Shown here: positions 1 to 12,965 of the stretch, one piece after another
Position numbering within the stretch: position 1 is the first letter of the stretch
How the letters are laid out: every line of letters begins with the position of its first letter
Source of the DNA: Planctomycetota bacterium
GTDB taxonomy: Bacteria > Planctomycetota > UBA11346
Length of the DNA stretch: 64,000 nucleotides
Assembly: GCA_038213805.1 (NCBI GenBank)
Contig: JBBQSO010000013.1
Span: forward strand, 1 to 64,000
Direction of reading: 5' to 3'
Made by a program: the position numbers and the translations under genes
The notes under the pieces: generated by a model
The model's database searches: none
What the model saw: the letters and a program-made list of their open reading frames with translations, nothing else
Told to the model about the DNA's origin: nothing

Positions 1-151
1 CGGCAGTCCTGCCAAAATCGATGCCATGATTACCGAGGCACGACGACATGCCTACAAACCTCGGCCGGGACGCTCATTTCCGCGCGTTTCGAAGCTGCCG
101 TATGGGCGCACGAAAAGACGTGGCTAAAGTGAACGGCATTGCGGCGCCGGC

Positions 152-1570
<1,419 letters not shown>

Positions 1571-1833
1571 GCGCGCGGCTTTCTGGCGGGGTGCTGCGGC
1601 ATGCTACGGCAAGTCGCGGGCGGTCATATGGCGAGCGCACCGCGCCGCGCGGGTGTGCCGCGATCTCCGCCCGCGAGCACCCAGGACGTGGGTCGCAAGG
1701 CGGCTGCTCCCAAGCGCCTAGATGTCAACGCCTGCTGACACAGCCTTGACAGGATAGGGCAGCGGGCGGTAGGATTGGCAACATCCGCTGTCTGCCAGAC
1801 GTCCGCGATTACGAACCTTCCGCCGGAGCCTCC

Positions 1834-3459
1834 ATGCGCAGCCCATCCTTCCCGCCGACTTCGCCCACCCTGGTGCGCCTCGCTCTGGCTGGTGCCTGCC
1901 TGCTTGCAGCCGGCCGCGCGGGGGCGATGGAATCATTCATCGTCGGCCCGCGCGCCCTGGGCATGGGCGGCGCCAACGTCGCCTCGGTCAACGACATCCA
2001 GGCGCAGTTCTACAACCCGGCGGCCTTCGGCTTCTTCCACGAACGCGAGCGCCTCACGGCCATGCCGGCGCCGCCGCCCCGGCCGGACCAGGTCCCCGCC
2101 AAGGACAGCCAGGTGCCGGCCGGTGGACAGACGCCGGTCGCGGCACAGGCGCCCATCGCCGAGACCGAATACAGCGGCGGCGGCTTCTGGCCGTCGGACA
2201 ACAACCACCTCGGCCGCAAGTCCTGGGGCTTTGGCCTGGACGCCAGCATCGGCCTGCGCGCGCACGGCGACGTCGCGGAGCTGCTCGACGTGCTGAAGAA
2301 GCTGAATGACAATGGCACCTTCAATCGCCTTGCCCAGAACGGCATCAGCAGCCAACAGGATGTCGCCGACGCCTTGAATGGCGTCAACGCGCTCAGCAAT
2401 CTGGCCGCGCCCACCAACGCCATCTCGGCGGACGCCAACGGCGGCGTCGGCCTGCGCATCGGCCATTTCGGGCTCGGGGTGCGGGCCTTCGCCGAGGCCA
2501 CCGGCCGCGTCCAGGACGTCGACTTCACCAACCTCGGCCTCGGCGGTGCCGGCAACCTCAGCAACCAGGTCGATGCCCAGTTTCCGACCGACCCGGGTGC
2601 GCCCCAGCTGTTCACCCCCGCGCAGGTCACCCAGCTGTCGAACCAGGGCCTCAGCCAGAACGCCATCGACAATCTCGACCTGCTCGCGCGCCAGAATGGC
2701 GTGACTCCGGATCAGGCGCAGAACCTGACCTTCATCATCGGGCAGGCGAACCAGGCTTCCGCCGCGAACCCGATCAATGGCAACCAGACCGACATCCATT
2801 TCTATGGCGCCGGCATCGTCGAGCTGCCGTTCACCTACGGCTACGCCTTCGATGAGCATTTCGCCATCGGCATGAATCTGAAGCTGATGGTCGCAGACGT
2901 CTTCGTCGGCGACATCCGCGCTCAAAGCAGCGGCTCGAACACCACGTCGACCACCGAGAAGGCGAGCAAGCGCAGCCCCAACCTTGGCATCGACCTCGCC
3001 GCCATGTACCGCATCCCGTGGTTCAATTTCGGCCTGACCGGACGCAACCTCAACGCGCCCAGCTTCGCTGGGCCGACGTTGAACGGCCGCGTGGCGCCGC
3101 GCTTCAGGGTCAACCCGCAGGCCACCGCTGGCGCTGCGTTCATCCCGTGGGAGGTGCTCACCGTCGAGGCCGACTGCGACCTCAACAAGTCCACCACTAC
3201 CTTTAGCGGCTACGACACTCAGGACCTTCGTTTCGGCGCAGAATGGAACGTCCTGCACTTCCTGGCCCTGCGCGGAGGCGCCTACCGCAACCTGGCGCAG
3301 AACGACATCGGCTGGGTGGTGACCGCGGGCGTCGGTCTCGATTTCTATGCGGTGCGCACCGACTTCGCGGTCGGCGCCGCGACCAAGAAGACCGAGTTCG
3401 ACGGCCGCCAGATCCCGCGCGAGATCCGCGCGTCGTGGCAGCTGCTCGTCGACTTCTGA
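1834..3459 (+). CDS. Outer-membrane beta-barrel, TraF_2/FadL-PorV-like family
   Basis: Signal peptide; GPRALGMGGA...YNPA motif; alternating beta-strand pattern; C-terminal Phe (LLVDF). Confidence 0.75.
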   Translation: MRSPSFPPTSPTLVRLALAGACLLAAGRAGAMESFIVGPRALGMGGANVASVNDIQAQFYNPAAFGFFHERERLTAMPAPPPRPDQVPAKDSQVPAGGQTPVAAQAPIAETEYSGGGFWPSDNNHLGRKSWGFGLDASIGLRAHGDVAELLDVLKKLNDNGTFNRLAQNGISSQQDVADALNGVNALSNLAAPTNAISADANGGVGLRIGHFGLGVRAFAEATGRVQDVDFTNLGLGGAGNLSNQVDAQFPTDPGAPQLFTPAQVTQLSNQGLSQNAIDNLDLLARQNGVTPDQAQNLTFIIGQANQASAANPINGNQTDIHFYGAGIVELPFTYGYAFDEHFAIGMNLKLMVADVFVGDIRAQSSGSNTTSTTEKASKRSPNLGIDLAAMYRIPWFNFGLTGRNLNAPSFAGPTLNGRVAPRFRVNPQATAGAAFIPWEVLTVEADCDLNKSTTTFSGYDTQDLRFGAEWNVLHFLALRGGAYRNLAQNDIGWVVTAGVGLDFYAVRTDFAVGAATKKTEFDGRQIPREIRASWQLLVDF

Positions 3460-3523
3460 GCCGCGCCGCAGCTGCAGCCGGCGGCGGCTGGACTGGCCGA
3501 CCCGCGCGGGATGATCACCGCCC

Positions 3524-4990
3524 ATGAACGAACGGCCCGCCGCCACCCTCGACCTGTGGCCTGACGAACCGTGGGGTGGCGATGCGGCGTTGGCGGCCGC
3601 TGGCGCCCAGCTGCTCGCCAACCATACGTGGGACCGCACCGCGCTCGCCCGCATCGTCGCCGTGCATGCCAACGACGCGCCGGCACGTGCGCAGGCTGCC
3701 GTTCTGGCCGGGCCCGGCACCGCCGCAGTGGTCACCGGCCAGCAGCCGGCCTTCGGTGGCGGGCCCCTCTATAGTCTGGTCAAGACCGCGCACGCGCTCG
3801 CCCTGGCGCGGCGGCTGGGCACTGTCGGTCTGCCCAGCATCGCGCTGTTCTGGTGCGCCAGCGAAGACCACGACCTGGGTGAGGCCGGCCACGCGGATCT
3901 CATCCTGCGCGATGGGTCCATCCGGCGGCTGCCCGGTGCGCTCGGTGGCGGCAGTGCCAGCCTGCGCCATCGTCCAGCCGCGGCGACCTGGAAGACGCTG
4001 CTGGAGGGCTGCCGCGAGCACCTGGGCGCGGGCCTGGGCGCGGGCTGGCTTGAGGCGCGACAGCCGCTGCCGGACGAAGGCTATGGCGCGTGGCTGTGCC
4101 GCCTGATGGCGGCGCTGTTCGCACGCCACGGCCTGCTCTGCGTCGAAGGTCACCAGCTGCGGCCGTTGTGGACGACAACGCTTGGCCGCGCCCTGGCAGC
4201 GTGGCCGGTGGCGGCGCTGGCGGCGCAGCGTGCCCGCCGGCTGGCCGATGGAGGTGGCGACGCCTTCGGCGACCTCGCTGCGCCGCCCCTGTTCGCGGAC
4301 CGGCCCGACGGACGCAGTGCGCTCGAACCTGCGGCGGCCAGCGCGCTCCTCGCGCAGGCACCGCTCGAACTCAGCCCCGGCGCCGCGCTGCGGCCGGTGC
4401 TGCAGCAGGCCGCGCTGCCCTGCGTCGCCTACGTCGCCGGACCCGGCGAACTCGCCTATCACCACCTGATCGCGCCCCTCTACGCGGCGCTGGGCGTGCC
4501 CCGTCCCACGCTGGTGCGGCGCTGCTCGCTGACCCTGGTACCGGGCTGGGTGGAGCGCGCGGCGCACGCCTGGGGCGCGACTCCAGAGCAGATCCTGGCC
4601 GGCGGTGCCGCTCCGCTTGTGGCCGGTGACGATCCGGCGGCGCTGCTCAGCGGGCTCGAGGACACGCTCGCCGCGCTCGCGGACCATGCGGCCCAGCTGA
4701 CGGAGGGGCAGCGCGCGCGCCTGGTCACCGGCATCGCCGCCCTGCGCCGCACCCAGGCGCGGCTCGCCGCCAGCCTCGGGCGCGGTGCCCGCCAAGCGGC
4801 GGGGCGCCCGGCCTGGGGCGCCCTGCACGCCTACCTGGCGCCGCGCGGACTGCCTCAGGAGCGCTCGATGAGCCTGTTCCAGGCGATCTGGGAGCACGGC
4901 CCGGGTCTGGCCGACCGCCTCGTCGACGAAGCGGCCGAAGCCGCGCCCGGCGCCCAGCGCCTGGTCGCGCTCGGCAGCGGGGACGGGTGA
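3524..4990 (+). CDS. bshC: Bacillithiol biosynthesis cysteine-adding enzyme BshC
   Basis: VVTGQQP..GGPLYSLVK, FWCASEDHD..E, SPGAALRPVLQ, YVAGPGELAY and PQER motifs. Confidence 0.85.
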   Translation: MNERPAATLDLWPDEPWGGDAALAAAGAQLLANHTWDRTALARIVAVHANDAPARAQAAVLAGPGTAAVVTGQQPAFGGGPLYSLVKTAHALALARRLGTVGLPSIALFWCASEDHDLGEAGHADLILRDGSIRRLPGALGGGSASLRHRPAAATWKTLLEGCREHLGAGLGAGWLEARQPLPDEGYGAWLCRLMAALFARHGLLCVEGHQLRPLWTTTLGRALAAWPVAALAAQRARRLADGGGDAFGDLAAPPLFADRPDGRSALEPAAASALLAQAPLELSPGAALRPVLQQAALPCVAYVAGPGELAYHHLIAPLYAALGVPRPTLVRRCSLTLVPGWVERAAHAWGATPEQILAGGAAPLVAGDDPAALLSGLEDTLAALADHAAQLTEGQRARLVTGIAALRRTQARLAASLGRGARQAAGRPAWGALHAYLAPRGLPQERSMSLFQAIWEHGPGLADRLVDEAAEAAPGAQRLVALGSGDG

Positions 4991-5033
4991 GGATTGCGGC
5001 CGGCGCGGCCGGCCGATACGCTCATCGACGGCG

Positions 5034-7337
5034 ATGAGCGATGACGACCCTCTGATCGGCTGGAGCAGCGAGACGCTGCGCTTCGACGCCCTGCTTGGGC
5101 GCGGCGCGATGGGCGCGGTCTACCGTGGCGTGCAGATCGGTCTCAACCGGCCGGTGGCGATCAAAATCATCGCACCGCACCTGGTCGGCGACGGCGCGCA
5201 CCGCGTGCGCTTCACGCGTGAGGCGCAGGTGCTTGGCCGGCTGGTGCATCAGAACGTCATCACCTGCCACGACGTCGGCACCCAGCGCGGCCCCGACGGG
5301 CGCGAGCTGTTCGTCATGGTCCTGGAATTCGTCGACGGCTGGAGCCTGGGCACGCTGATGCGGCGCCGCCCGCCGACCGTGCGCCAGGCGCTCGAGCTGC
5401 ACGCGCAGGCCGCGGACGGCCTCGCCGCCGCGCACCAGCTCGGTATCATCCACCGCGACATCAAGCCCGACAACATCATGGTCACGCGGCGCGAGTTCCA
5501 GGCCAAGCTCGCGGACTTCGGACTGGCCAAAGGTGACGACTCGGCGGTCCTCACCCACACTGGCGCGATCATGGGCAGCCCCGCCTACATGGCGCCAGAA
5601 GCCTGCCGCGGCGACACGCCCGGACCTTCCGGCGATCTCTACGGCCTGGGCTGCTCGCTGTTCCACGTGCTCACCGGCACCCCACCCTACAGCGGCAGCA
5701 GCGCCCTGGTGGTGCTGAACATGCACATGACCGCGCCACTGCCGCGACTCTCCGAACGCCGCCCCGATCTCGCCGGACTCGACAAGATGATGGCGCGCTG
5801 CCTGGGCAAGGTGCCGGCCGAGCGCGCGCCCGACGCGACGACACTCGCCGGCTGGCTGCGCGCGGCCGCCCGCAACGTCGCGGAGGAATTGCCTAGCGGC
5901 AAGACGGCGGGCACCGCGAGCGGAGCGCCAGCACCGACCCGGCCGAGCCTGGTCACAGCACGCGCCGGCCAGGGCCAGCGCGAGGACCGCGCGCAGTCGA
6001 CCCTGCTCGATACCAGCATCGCGGCGGCGCGGCCGCAGCGGCGCCTGCGCCTGATCATCGGCGGACTGGCGGCTGCGGTGCTGATCTGCACCGTCGTCCT
6101 GCTCGCGCGCGGCGGGCGTTCGAAGGCCACCGAGCCCGCGGTGGCGGTGGCTGGTCAGCCAGCCGCGCCACCGGTTGGTCCCCCTTTGGAACTGACCCAG
6201 GGGGCGTCCACGGCACGTGCGACCGTCCCGCTGGGCGCGGGACGCGTGTTTGAATTAAAGCCGGGCGAGGGCCTGCTCGACGTCTGGAGCCCGCCAGCAG
6301 GGTCGCCGCACATCCCAGCGCGCATCCCCGCCGGCGTTCCAGCGATCCAGCTGAGCACGGATGGGAATGAAGGCCTGCAGCACCTACGCCTGCGCCTGCC
6401 CACGGTGGGCGGTCGCACCGGAGTCGTGGTGGTGATCAACTCCGGAGTTCCCGCCGGCCGCACCCTGCTGGTGACCGTGCGGAGCGGCGGCGCGGCGCGT
6501 GGTCTGCGGCCGATCAAGCTCGCCGACGACGCCTGGCAGCGCCTCGTCATCGACTGCGGTGAGGCCGGAGGCGATGAAGTGGTGGTGAGCTGCAACGGGG
6601 CGCAACCCCTGGCGGTGGCGCGCGCCATCGCCTGGAGCGGTGCGCCGCCGGAGGCCGCGATTACGGCCTTCGTGCCGGGCACGCTGCAACCGCTGGGGCC
6701 GACGGGCACGGTTCGCGAACAGTTCCGCGGCGCGCTCGGCAACGTGGTGGTCGCCACCCAGGTCTTTCCCGATCCGCAGCGTCTGCGCATCGCGGTTTCG
6801 AATCTCCACCTCGCCGTCAACAAGGATGCGCTGCTCACCCTGACGCGCGGCATCGCCACCGCGTGGGGTGCCGATCCGACCCCGACCGCGACGGAATCCA
6901 ACCTGCTGACGTATGCAAGTGCAGCCATGCTGCAGAGCGTTGCCGAAAGCGCGGTGCGCGCAAAGGCCCAGGTGCTGGTCATCGTGCTCGGCAGCGAAGA
7001 CGTCCCAAAGATCCTGCCGCTGGGCTTCCAGGTGGCGTGCCGCTTGCTGAGCGATGGCGGCGTGTTGCCGGTCCTGCTGGTCGCGCCCGCCGGCTGGCAG
7101 GAACCTTTGCGGAGCAAGTGGGTCGAACGGCTGGACCTGCTGCAGGCCAGGGTTCCGCAGATGCCCGTCATCGACCTGATGGAGGTACCGATCGGTCTGG
7201 CGCGCCAGGATCTGCCCACCGATCTGCACAGTGCTGACGTCCACGCGAAAGTAGCCGCCGGCATGGCCGCCGGTATCGGCGAACTGCGGGCGCGCATCGC
7301 GTGGCAGATGGTCAATGGCGGATTGCGGACGAAATAG
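5034..7337 (+). CDS. Transmembrane Hanks-type Ser/Thr protein kinase with uncharacterised extracytoplasmic region
   Basis: LGRGAMGAVY, VAIK, HRDIKPDN, DFG, GSPAYMAPE; TM segment LIIGGLAAAVLICTVVLLA; C-terminal region homologous to the kinases at 48.5 and 53.3 kb. Confidence 0.93.
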   Translation: MSDDDPLIGWSSETLRFDALLGRGAMGAVYRGVQIGLNRPVAIKIIAPHLVGDGAHRVRFTREAQVLGRLVHQNVITCHDVGTQRGPDGRELFVMVLEFVDGWSLGTLMRRRPPTVRQALELHAQAADGLAAAHQLGIIHRDIKPDNIMVTRREFQAKLADFGLAKGDDSAVLTHTGAIMGSPAYMAPEACRGDTPGPSGDLYGLGCSLFHVLTGTPPYSGSSALVVLNMHMTAPLPRLSERRPDLAGLDKMMARCLGKVPAERAPDATTLAGWLRAAARNVAEELPSGKTAGTASGAPAPTRPSLVTARAGQGQREDRAQSTLLDTSIAAARPQRRLRLIIGGLAAAVLICTVVLLARGGRSKATEPAVAVAGQPAAPPVGPPLELTQGASTARATVPLGAGRVFELKPGEGLLDVWSPPAGSPHIPARIPAGVPAIQLSTDGNEGLQHLRLRLPTVGGRTGVVVVINSGVPAGRTLLVTVRSGGAARGLRPIKLADDAWQRLVIDCGEAGGDEVVVSCNGAQPLAVARAIAWSGAPPEAAITAFVPGTLQPLGPTGTVREQFRGALGNVVVATQVFPDPQRLRIAVSNLHLAVNKDALLTLTRGIATAWGADPTPTATESNLLTYASAAMLQSVAESAVRAKAQVLVIVLGSEDVPKILPLGFQVACRLLSDGGVLPVLLVAPAGWQEPLRSKWVERLDLLQARVPQMPVIDLMEVPIGLARQDLPTDLHSADVHAKVAAGMAAGIGELRARIAWQMVNGGLRTK

Positions 7338-7340
7338 GAA

Positions 7341-7466
7341 GTCTCAAGTCTCAAGTCTCGAGCCTCAAGGCTTGAGCCGCGAGCCGCGAGCCGCGAGGGG
7401 ACAACCCCTTGCCTACCGTGTTGACCGGCTTCCCCTCGCACTTCGCACTTCGCACTTCGCACTTCG
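7341..7466. repeat. Mixed heptamer tandem-repeat element (GTCTCAA, GAGCCGC and CTTCGCA arrays) between convergent genes
   Basis: Direct reading of the arrays; inner inverted repeat GCGAGGGGA/TCCCCTCGC. Confidence 0.8.
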
Positions 7467-7494
7467 TGCCAGACGTTTCGCGCCCCGCGTCCGC

Positions 7495-9450
<1,956 letters not shown>

Positions 9451-9654
9451 GGCGGTCTTCCTGGAAGGTGCGCGGGGTCGGGAACGCGACTCTGCCAGCC
9501 GCGACACGGACTCAAGGCGGGGTACCCGCCACCGGGCCGCGGATGATCACGGCTGCACTGGACCATACCCACGCTGTGCATGCGGGCCGCGGATGCCAGG
9601 TGACGCTGGCGGGGCTGCCGCGCCCTGGCAGCATGGCCCCTTGGGGAGTCGCCC

Positions 9655-9954
9655 ATGCCAGCCGATACCAAGTGCGCGCCCGAGGCCGGACGCGTCGTGC
9701 CGGTGATCGACCGCAACCGCTGCGGAGCCAAGCAGGACTGCGTCACGGTGTGCCCATTCGGGGTCTTCGCGATGGGCCTGCTCGGCCCCGCGGAGCGCGC
9801 CGGCCTGTCCCTCAAGGGCCGCATCAAAGCCTTCGTGCACCGCGGCCGCCAGGCCTTCGCCGTCAATGCTGACCAGTGCCATGCCTGCGGGCTGTGCGTG
9901 ACCGCCTGTCCTGAGCAGGCCATCCGGCTGGTGCCGGCACCCATTCCGTCCTGA
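9655..9954 (+). CDS. Dicluster ferredoxin (probably 3Fe-4S/4Fe-4S)
   Basis: CGAKQDCVTVCP and CHACGLCVTACP motifs; GGGGAG RBS. Confidence 0.88.
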   Translation: MPADTKCAPEAGRVVPVIDRNRCGAKQDCVTVCPFGVFAMGLLGPAERAGLSLKGRIKAFVHRGRQAFAVNADQCHACGLCVTACPEQAIRLVPAPIPS

Positions 9955-10079
9955 ACGTTTCACCGCCTCGACCGTCTCTCCTTCGCGGGCTTTGCCTCCT
10001 CGCGTCGCCCGCCCCACCTGTCTCAGGTCGCCCGGTCTTCCCTCCCTGCTTTCCTTCACCCCTCCCTGAGGTCCACGCC

Positions 10080-10469
10080 ATGTCCCGCATTATTTCCGCC
10101 TGCCTGCTCGCCCTTGCAGTGACCTGCGGCACCTGCGTCTCCGCCAGCGCCGCCGACACCCAGGTGGTACACCTGGTGCTCTTCAAGTGGAAGCCCAACA
10201 CCACCACGGACCAGGAGAAGGAAGCGGGCGCCAAGCTGCTTGAGCTCAAGGGCAAAATCCCCGGCGTGATCAGCATCAGCTTTGGCCACCAGAACAGCCC
10301 CGAGGCCGCGACCAAGGGTCACGGCTTCGACGCCGGTCTGACCGTGGTCTTCGCCAACGCCGCCGCCCGTGACGCCTACCTGCCCAATGCGGACCACCAG
10401 GCGGTGGTGACCGCGCTGCTCAAGCCGATCATCGCGGATCTCGCCGTGGTGGATTACGATCTGCCGTGA
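10080..10469 (+). CDS. Dabb family (stress-responsive A/B barrel) protein with signal peptide
   Basis: HLVLFKWK...KIPGV...GF...Y...HQ...VVDY pattern; hydrophobic N-terminus ending ASA. Confidence 0.88.
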   Translation: MSRIISACLLALAVTCGTCVSASAADTQVVHLVLFKWKPNTTTDQEKEAGAKLLELKGKIPGVISISFGHQNSPEAATKGHGFDAGLTVVFANAAARDAYLPNADHQAVVTALLKPIIADLAVVDYDLP

Positions 10470-10480
10470 TTCTTGGTGTT

Positions 10481-10639
10481 GAGTGCGGAGTGCGGAGCGT
10501 GGAGTGCGACGTGCGGGGCACCTCGTTAGATGCGATCGTGATTCATTAGCCGGCTTGCAGGCAGGCAGGATGGATCTGGGCTGAATCCCCACCGGATTCC
10601 GCGGCCGTCACCGTCCCAATGCGCACCCCGCACCCCGCA
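10481..10639. repeat. GGAGTGC-type heptamer array with inverted GCACCCC arm
   Basis: Arrays at 10481-10519 and 10622-10639, between convergent genes. Confidence 0.7.
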
Positions 10640-10641
10640 GA

Positions 10642-11124
10642 TCACGCCACCGTCCGCCACATCGCCACCTCATCGCAGTCGAGGAAGCGGTGGCAGCGCA
10701 CGCATTCGGTCCACACCTTCTCGGGCAGGCGCGAGCGGTCGACGCGGGCGAAGCCGAGCTTGGTGAAGAAGTCGACCTGATAGGTCAGGCAGAACAGCCG
10801 CTCGAGCCCGAGGGTGCGGCCCTCCTCGAGGCAGCGCTCGACCAGACCACGACCGACGCCGCGGCCCTGGACGGACTGGGCCACGGCAAGCGCCTTGAGC
10901 TCGGCGATCTTGTCGGTGTCGATGTGCACGGCAGCGCAGCCGACCAGGCCGCCGACCTCGGCCTCGGCGACGATGAAATCGCGCACGGTCTCGTAGAGCT
11001 CATTGCAGGTGCGCGGCAGCATCAGCTTCTTCTCGGCGAAGGTCGCGATCAGCGCGTTGAGCGCCGGGACATCGCCGAGCCGGGCATGCCGATAAGTGAT
11101 GGCGAGGGCGCTGCTCTGCGTCAT
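10642..11124 (-). CDS. GNAT N-acetyltransferase, short ArgA (N-acetylglutamate synthase)-like
   Basis: MLPR...LYE..RDF, AELKALAV, QGRGVG, LTYQVDFF..LGF, LPEKVW.EC..C motifs. Confidence 0.85.
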   Translation of the reverse strand: MTQSSALAITYRHARLGDVPALNALIATFAEKKLMLPRTCNELYETVRDFIVAEAEVGGLVGCAAVHIDTDKIAELKALAVAQSVQGRGVGRGLVERCLEEGRTLGLERLFCLTYQVDFFTKLGFARVDRSRLPEKVWTECVRCHRFLDCDEVAMWRTVA

Positions 11125-11171
11125 GCAATACAGGTTCCACGGATCGCTAGGCGGAACAAGGGGAACGGAGA

Positions 11172-11335
11172 AAGTCCGGAAGTCCGGGGTCCGGAAGTCT
11201 CGACTAATCGTATTTGAACCGGGTCCGCCATTCGTTTCCACCCGAGCGGAACGATGCCGATCCGCCCATGTACAAGATCCATCACATCGTCAGCACGAGA
11301 CTTCCGGACTTCCGGACTTCCGGACTTCCGGACCT
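11172..11335. repeat. Inverted pair of octamer arrays (GGAAGTCC)n...(GGACTTCC)n
   Basis: Arms at 11172-11202 and 11296-11335; inner ends GTCTCG/CGAGAC are also complementary. Confidence 0.9.
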
Positions 11336-11343
11336 CAGACCGG

Positions 11344-11715
11344 TCAATACCGCTTGAGACCCCCGCCGCCCGGGCGTGCCGGCTGGGCGCCGGTGCCGCT
11401 GCCCATGTTGGGCGGGGCGACCGACACCGATTTCTGCTGCGGCGTGTACTGGTCGAGGCGCTCGATGATCTTGCTCAGGTACTGGCGGCGCTTCTCCAGG
11501 GCCTCGACCTCGACCTTGCGCTTGCGCAGATCGACAATCTCGGGTTGTTCGCCCAGGTATTGGGACAGGAAATCGGCCTCGGCGAGCGCAGTCAGCACAT
11601 CGGTGAGGTCCTGGTCGAGCTTGCCCAGCTCCTCGGCGTACTTGACGCGGAAGCGCTTCATGGCCTCGACCTTCTGGCCGTCGCTGAGGGTCACGGAGAG
11701 CGGTGGGACTGGCAT
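11344..11715 (-). CDS. Hypothetical coiled-coil protein
   Basis: Native GC3-rich codon usage; charged helical sequence; co-oriented with folE2 and the GNAT gene. Confidence 0.75.
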   Translation of the reverse strand: MPVPPLSVTLSDGQKVEAMKRFRVKYAEELGKLDQDLTDVLTALAEADFLSQYLGEQPEIVDLRKRKVEVEALEKRRQYLSKIIERLDQYTPQQKSVSVAPPNMGSGTGAQPARPGGGGLKRY

Positions 11716-11783
11716 ACAGGACGATACCACGGCGCCGGCCAGGAGGCAAACGCTGCGGTCAGGGAGGGTTTTGAATCCGCCTC

Positions 11784-12746
11784 TTAGGCCCGGAAGCCGC
11801 CCGGCACGCCCTTGACGACCACGCTGACCGCGTCGTGCGGGTGCAGACTCTCGACGTGGCGGGCCTCGGCGCGCCAATCGCACAGCCGCGCGTCGCGCTC
11901 GAGCGCGGCCTTGATGCGCCGGCCGGCGTCCTCGCAGAACATCAGGTTGGCACCGTTCAGGCGGGCGAACTCCTGCTCGTCCTCGCGCTTGACCGCGGCC
12001 TGGACCGGGGTCTTGAGGGCGCCCTCGACCAGGTCGATGAGTTCGACGAAGGTCGGGGTGTGGCCAGGGTCCTTGACCGCGACCTGCACGGTCGCGTAGC
12101 TGCGCTGGCTATGCGGAGTGGCGAGGATCGAGCGCTCGCTGCCCAGCCAGGTGGCGAGCTCCTCGAAGCCGACCACCGGTGCGCCGGCGAAGTCCTGACG
12201 GAACTTCTCCTGGATGAGCTGGCGGGCGAGCGCCGCCGAGCACGGGCAGGTGCTGGAATAGGCGACCTTGACCGCGATCTGGTAGGTGCAGCGGCCGTTC
12301 TGGAGGTGGCCGGACACGCTCACCGGGTAGGTACGGAAGGAGCTGTTGGCGCTGACCAGGGCGGGGCGCTTGATCAGCAGGTCGAAGTCCAGGCGCACGT
12401 GGCTGGCGCTGCTGAGGCCGGTGTGCGACGCGACGAAGGCGCGCAGCAGACGGTCGACCAGGACCAGGCTCAGCTCTTCGGTGGCGAGCAGGGTCTGCAG
12501 GGTCAGGAACAGGCGCGACATGTGGATGCCACGCGCATTGGGTTCATCGAGGCTGACGTAGGCCTCGCCCTTGGCGGGGGCCAGGTAGAGCGTGCCATCG
12601 TCGTCGCGCAGGCGCACCGCCACCTCGATGCCCGACATGCCGACCTTGTCGAGCGTGCCGACCTGCGCGCCGCGCGCATCACGCGCCACATCGGGCATGG
12701 CGCCGGACACGGCGTCGTCGGGAACGGTGCTTTCATCGAGATCCAT
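11784..12746 (-). CDS. folE2: GTP cyclohydrolase IB (FolE2)
   Basis: RGIHMSRL, YSSTCPCS, TPHSQRS, VKREDEQEFA, FCEDA, ESLHPHDA. Confidence 0.95.
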   Translation of the reverse strand: MDLDESTVPDDAVSGAMPDVARDARGAQVGTLDKVGMSGIEVAVRLRDDDGTLYLAPAKGEAYVSLDEPNARGIHMSRLFLTLQTLLATEELSLVLVDRLLRAFVASHTGLSSASHVRLDFDLLIKRPALVSANSSFRTYPVSVSGHLQNGRCTYQIAVKVAYSSTCPCSAALARQLIQEKFRQDFAGAPVVGFEELATWLGSERSILATPHSQRSYATVQVAVKDPGHTPTFVELIDLVEGALKTPVQAAVKREDEQEFARLNGANLMFCEDAGRRIKAALERDARLCDWRAEARHVESLHPHDAVSVVVKGVPGGFRA

Positions 12747-12965
12747 GGCAGACGCCTCGGCGTGGACAATGGGCGGAAATCCCCCTGGACAAGTCGGAGT
12801 AGGTCTAGGGCTGTGCATGGAGCGGGGATGCGCAACGGCGCAGTTAACACCGGAAACCCCCGGAATCCGCACTTGGACCGGATTTTCTCGAATCTCGAGT
12901 CGCGCATCTCGGGGCTAGCGCCTCGCGCCTTCCCCTTCCCCCCTCCGCAGCGACCATGCCCCGCC

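Noticed and set aside
11..26. Possible sigma-54 promoter TGGCATCGATTTTGG on the minus strand
   Set aside because: The -12 position reads GG rather than GC, and the downstream gene is outside the window
11172..11335. Repeat-spacer-repeat elements as a possible CRISPR array
   Set aside because: Units are 7-8 nt tandem repeats in inverted arms, with no 23-47 nt direct repeats, no regular spacers and no cas genes
11835..12965. 575-aa ORF suggesting an N-terminally extended Maf
   Set aside because: The extension is antisense to folE2; the Maf domain starts at 12966
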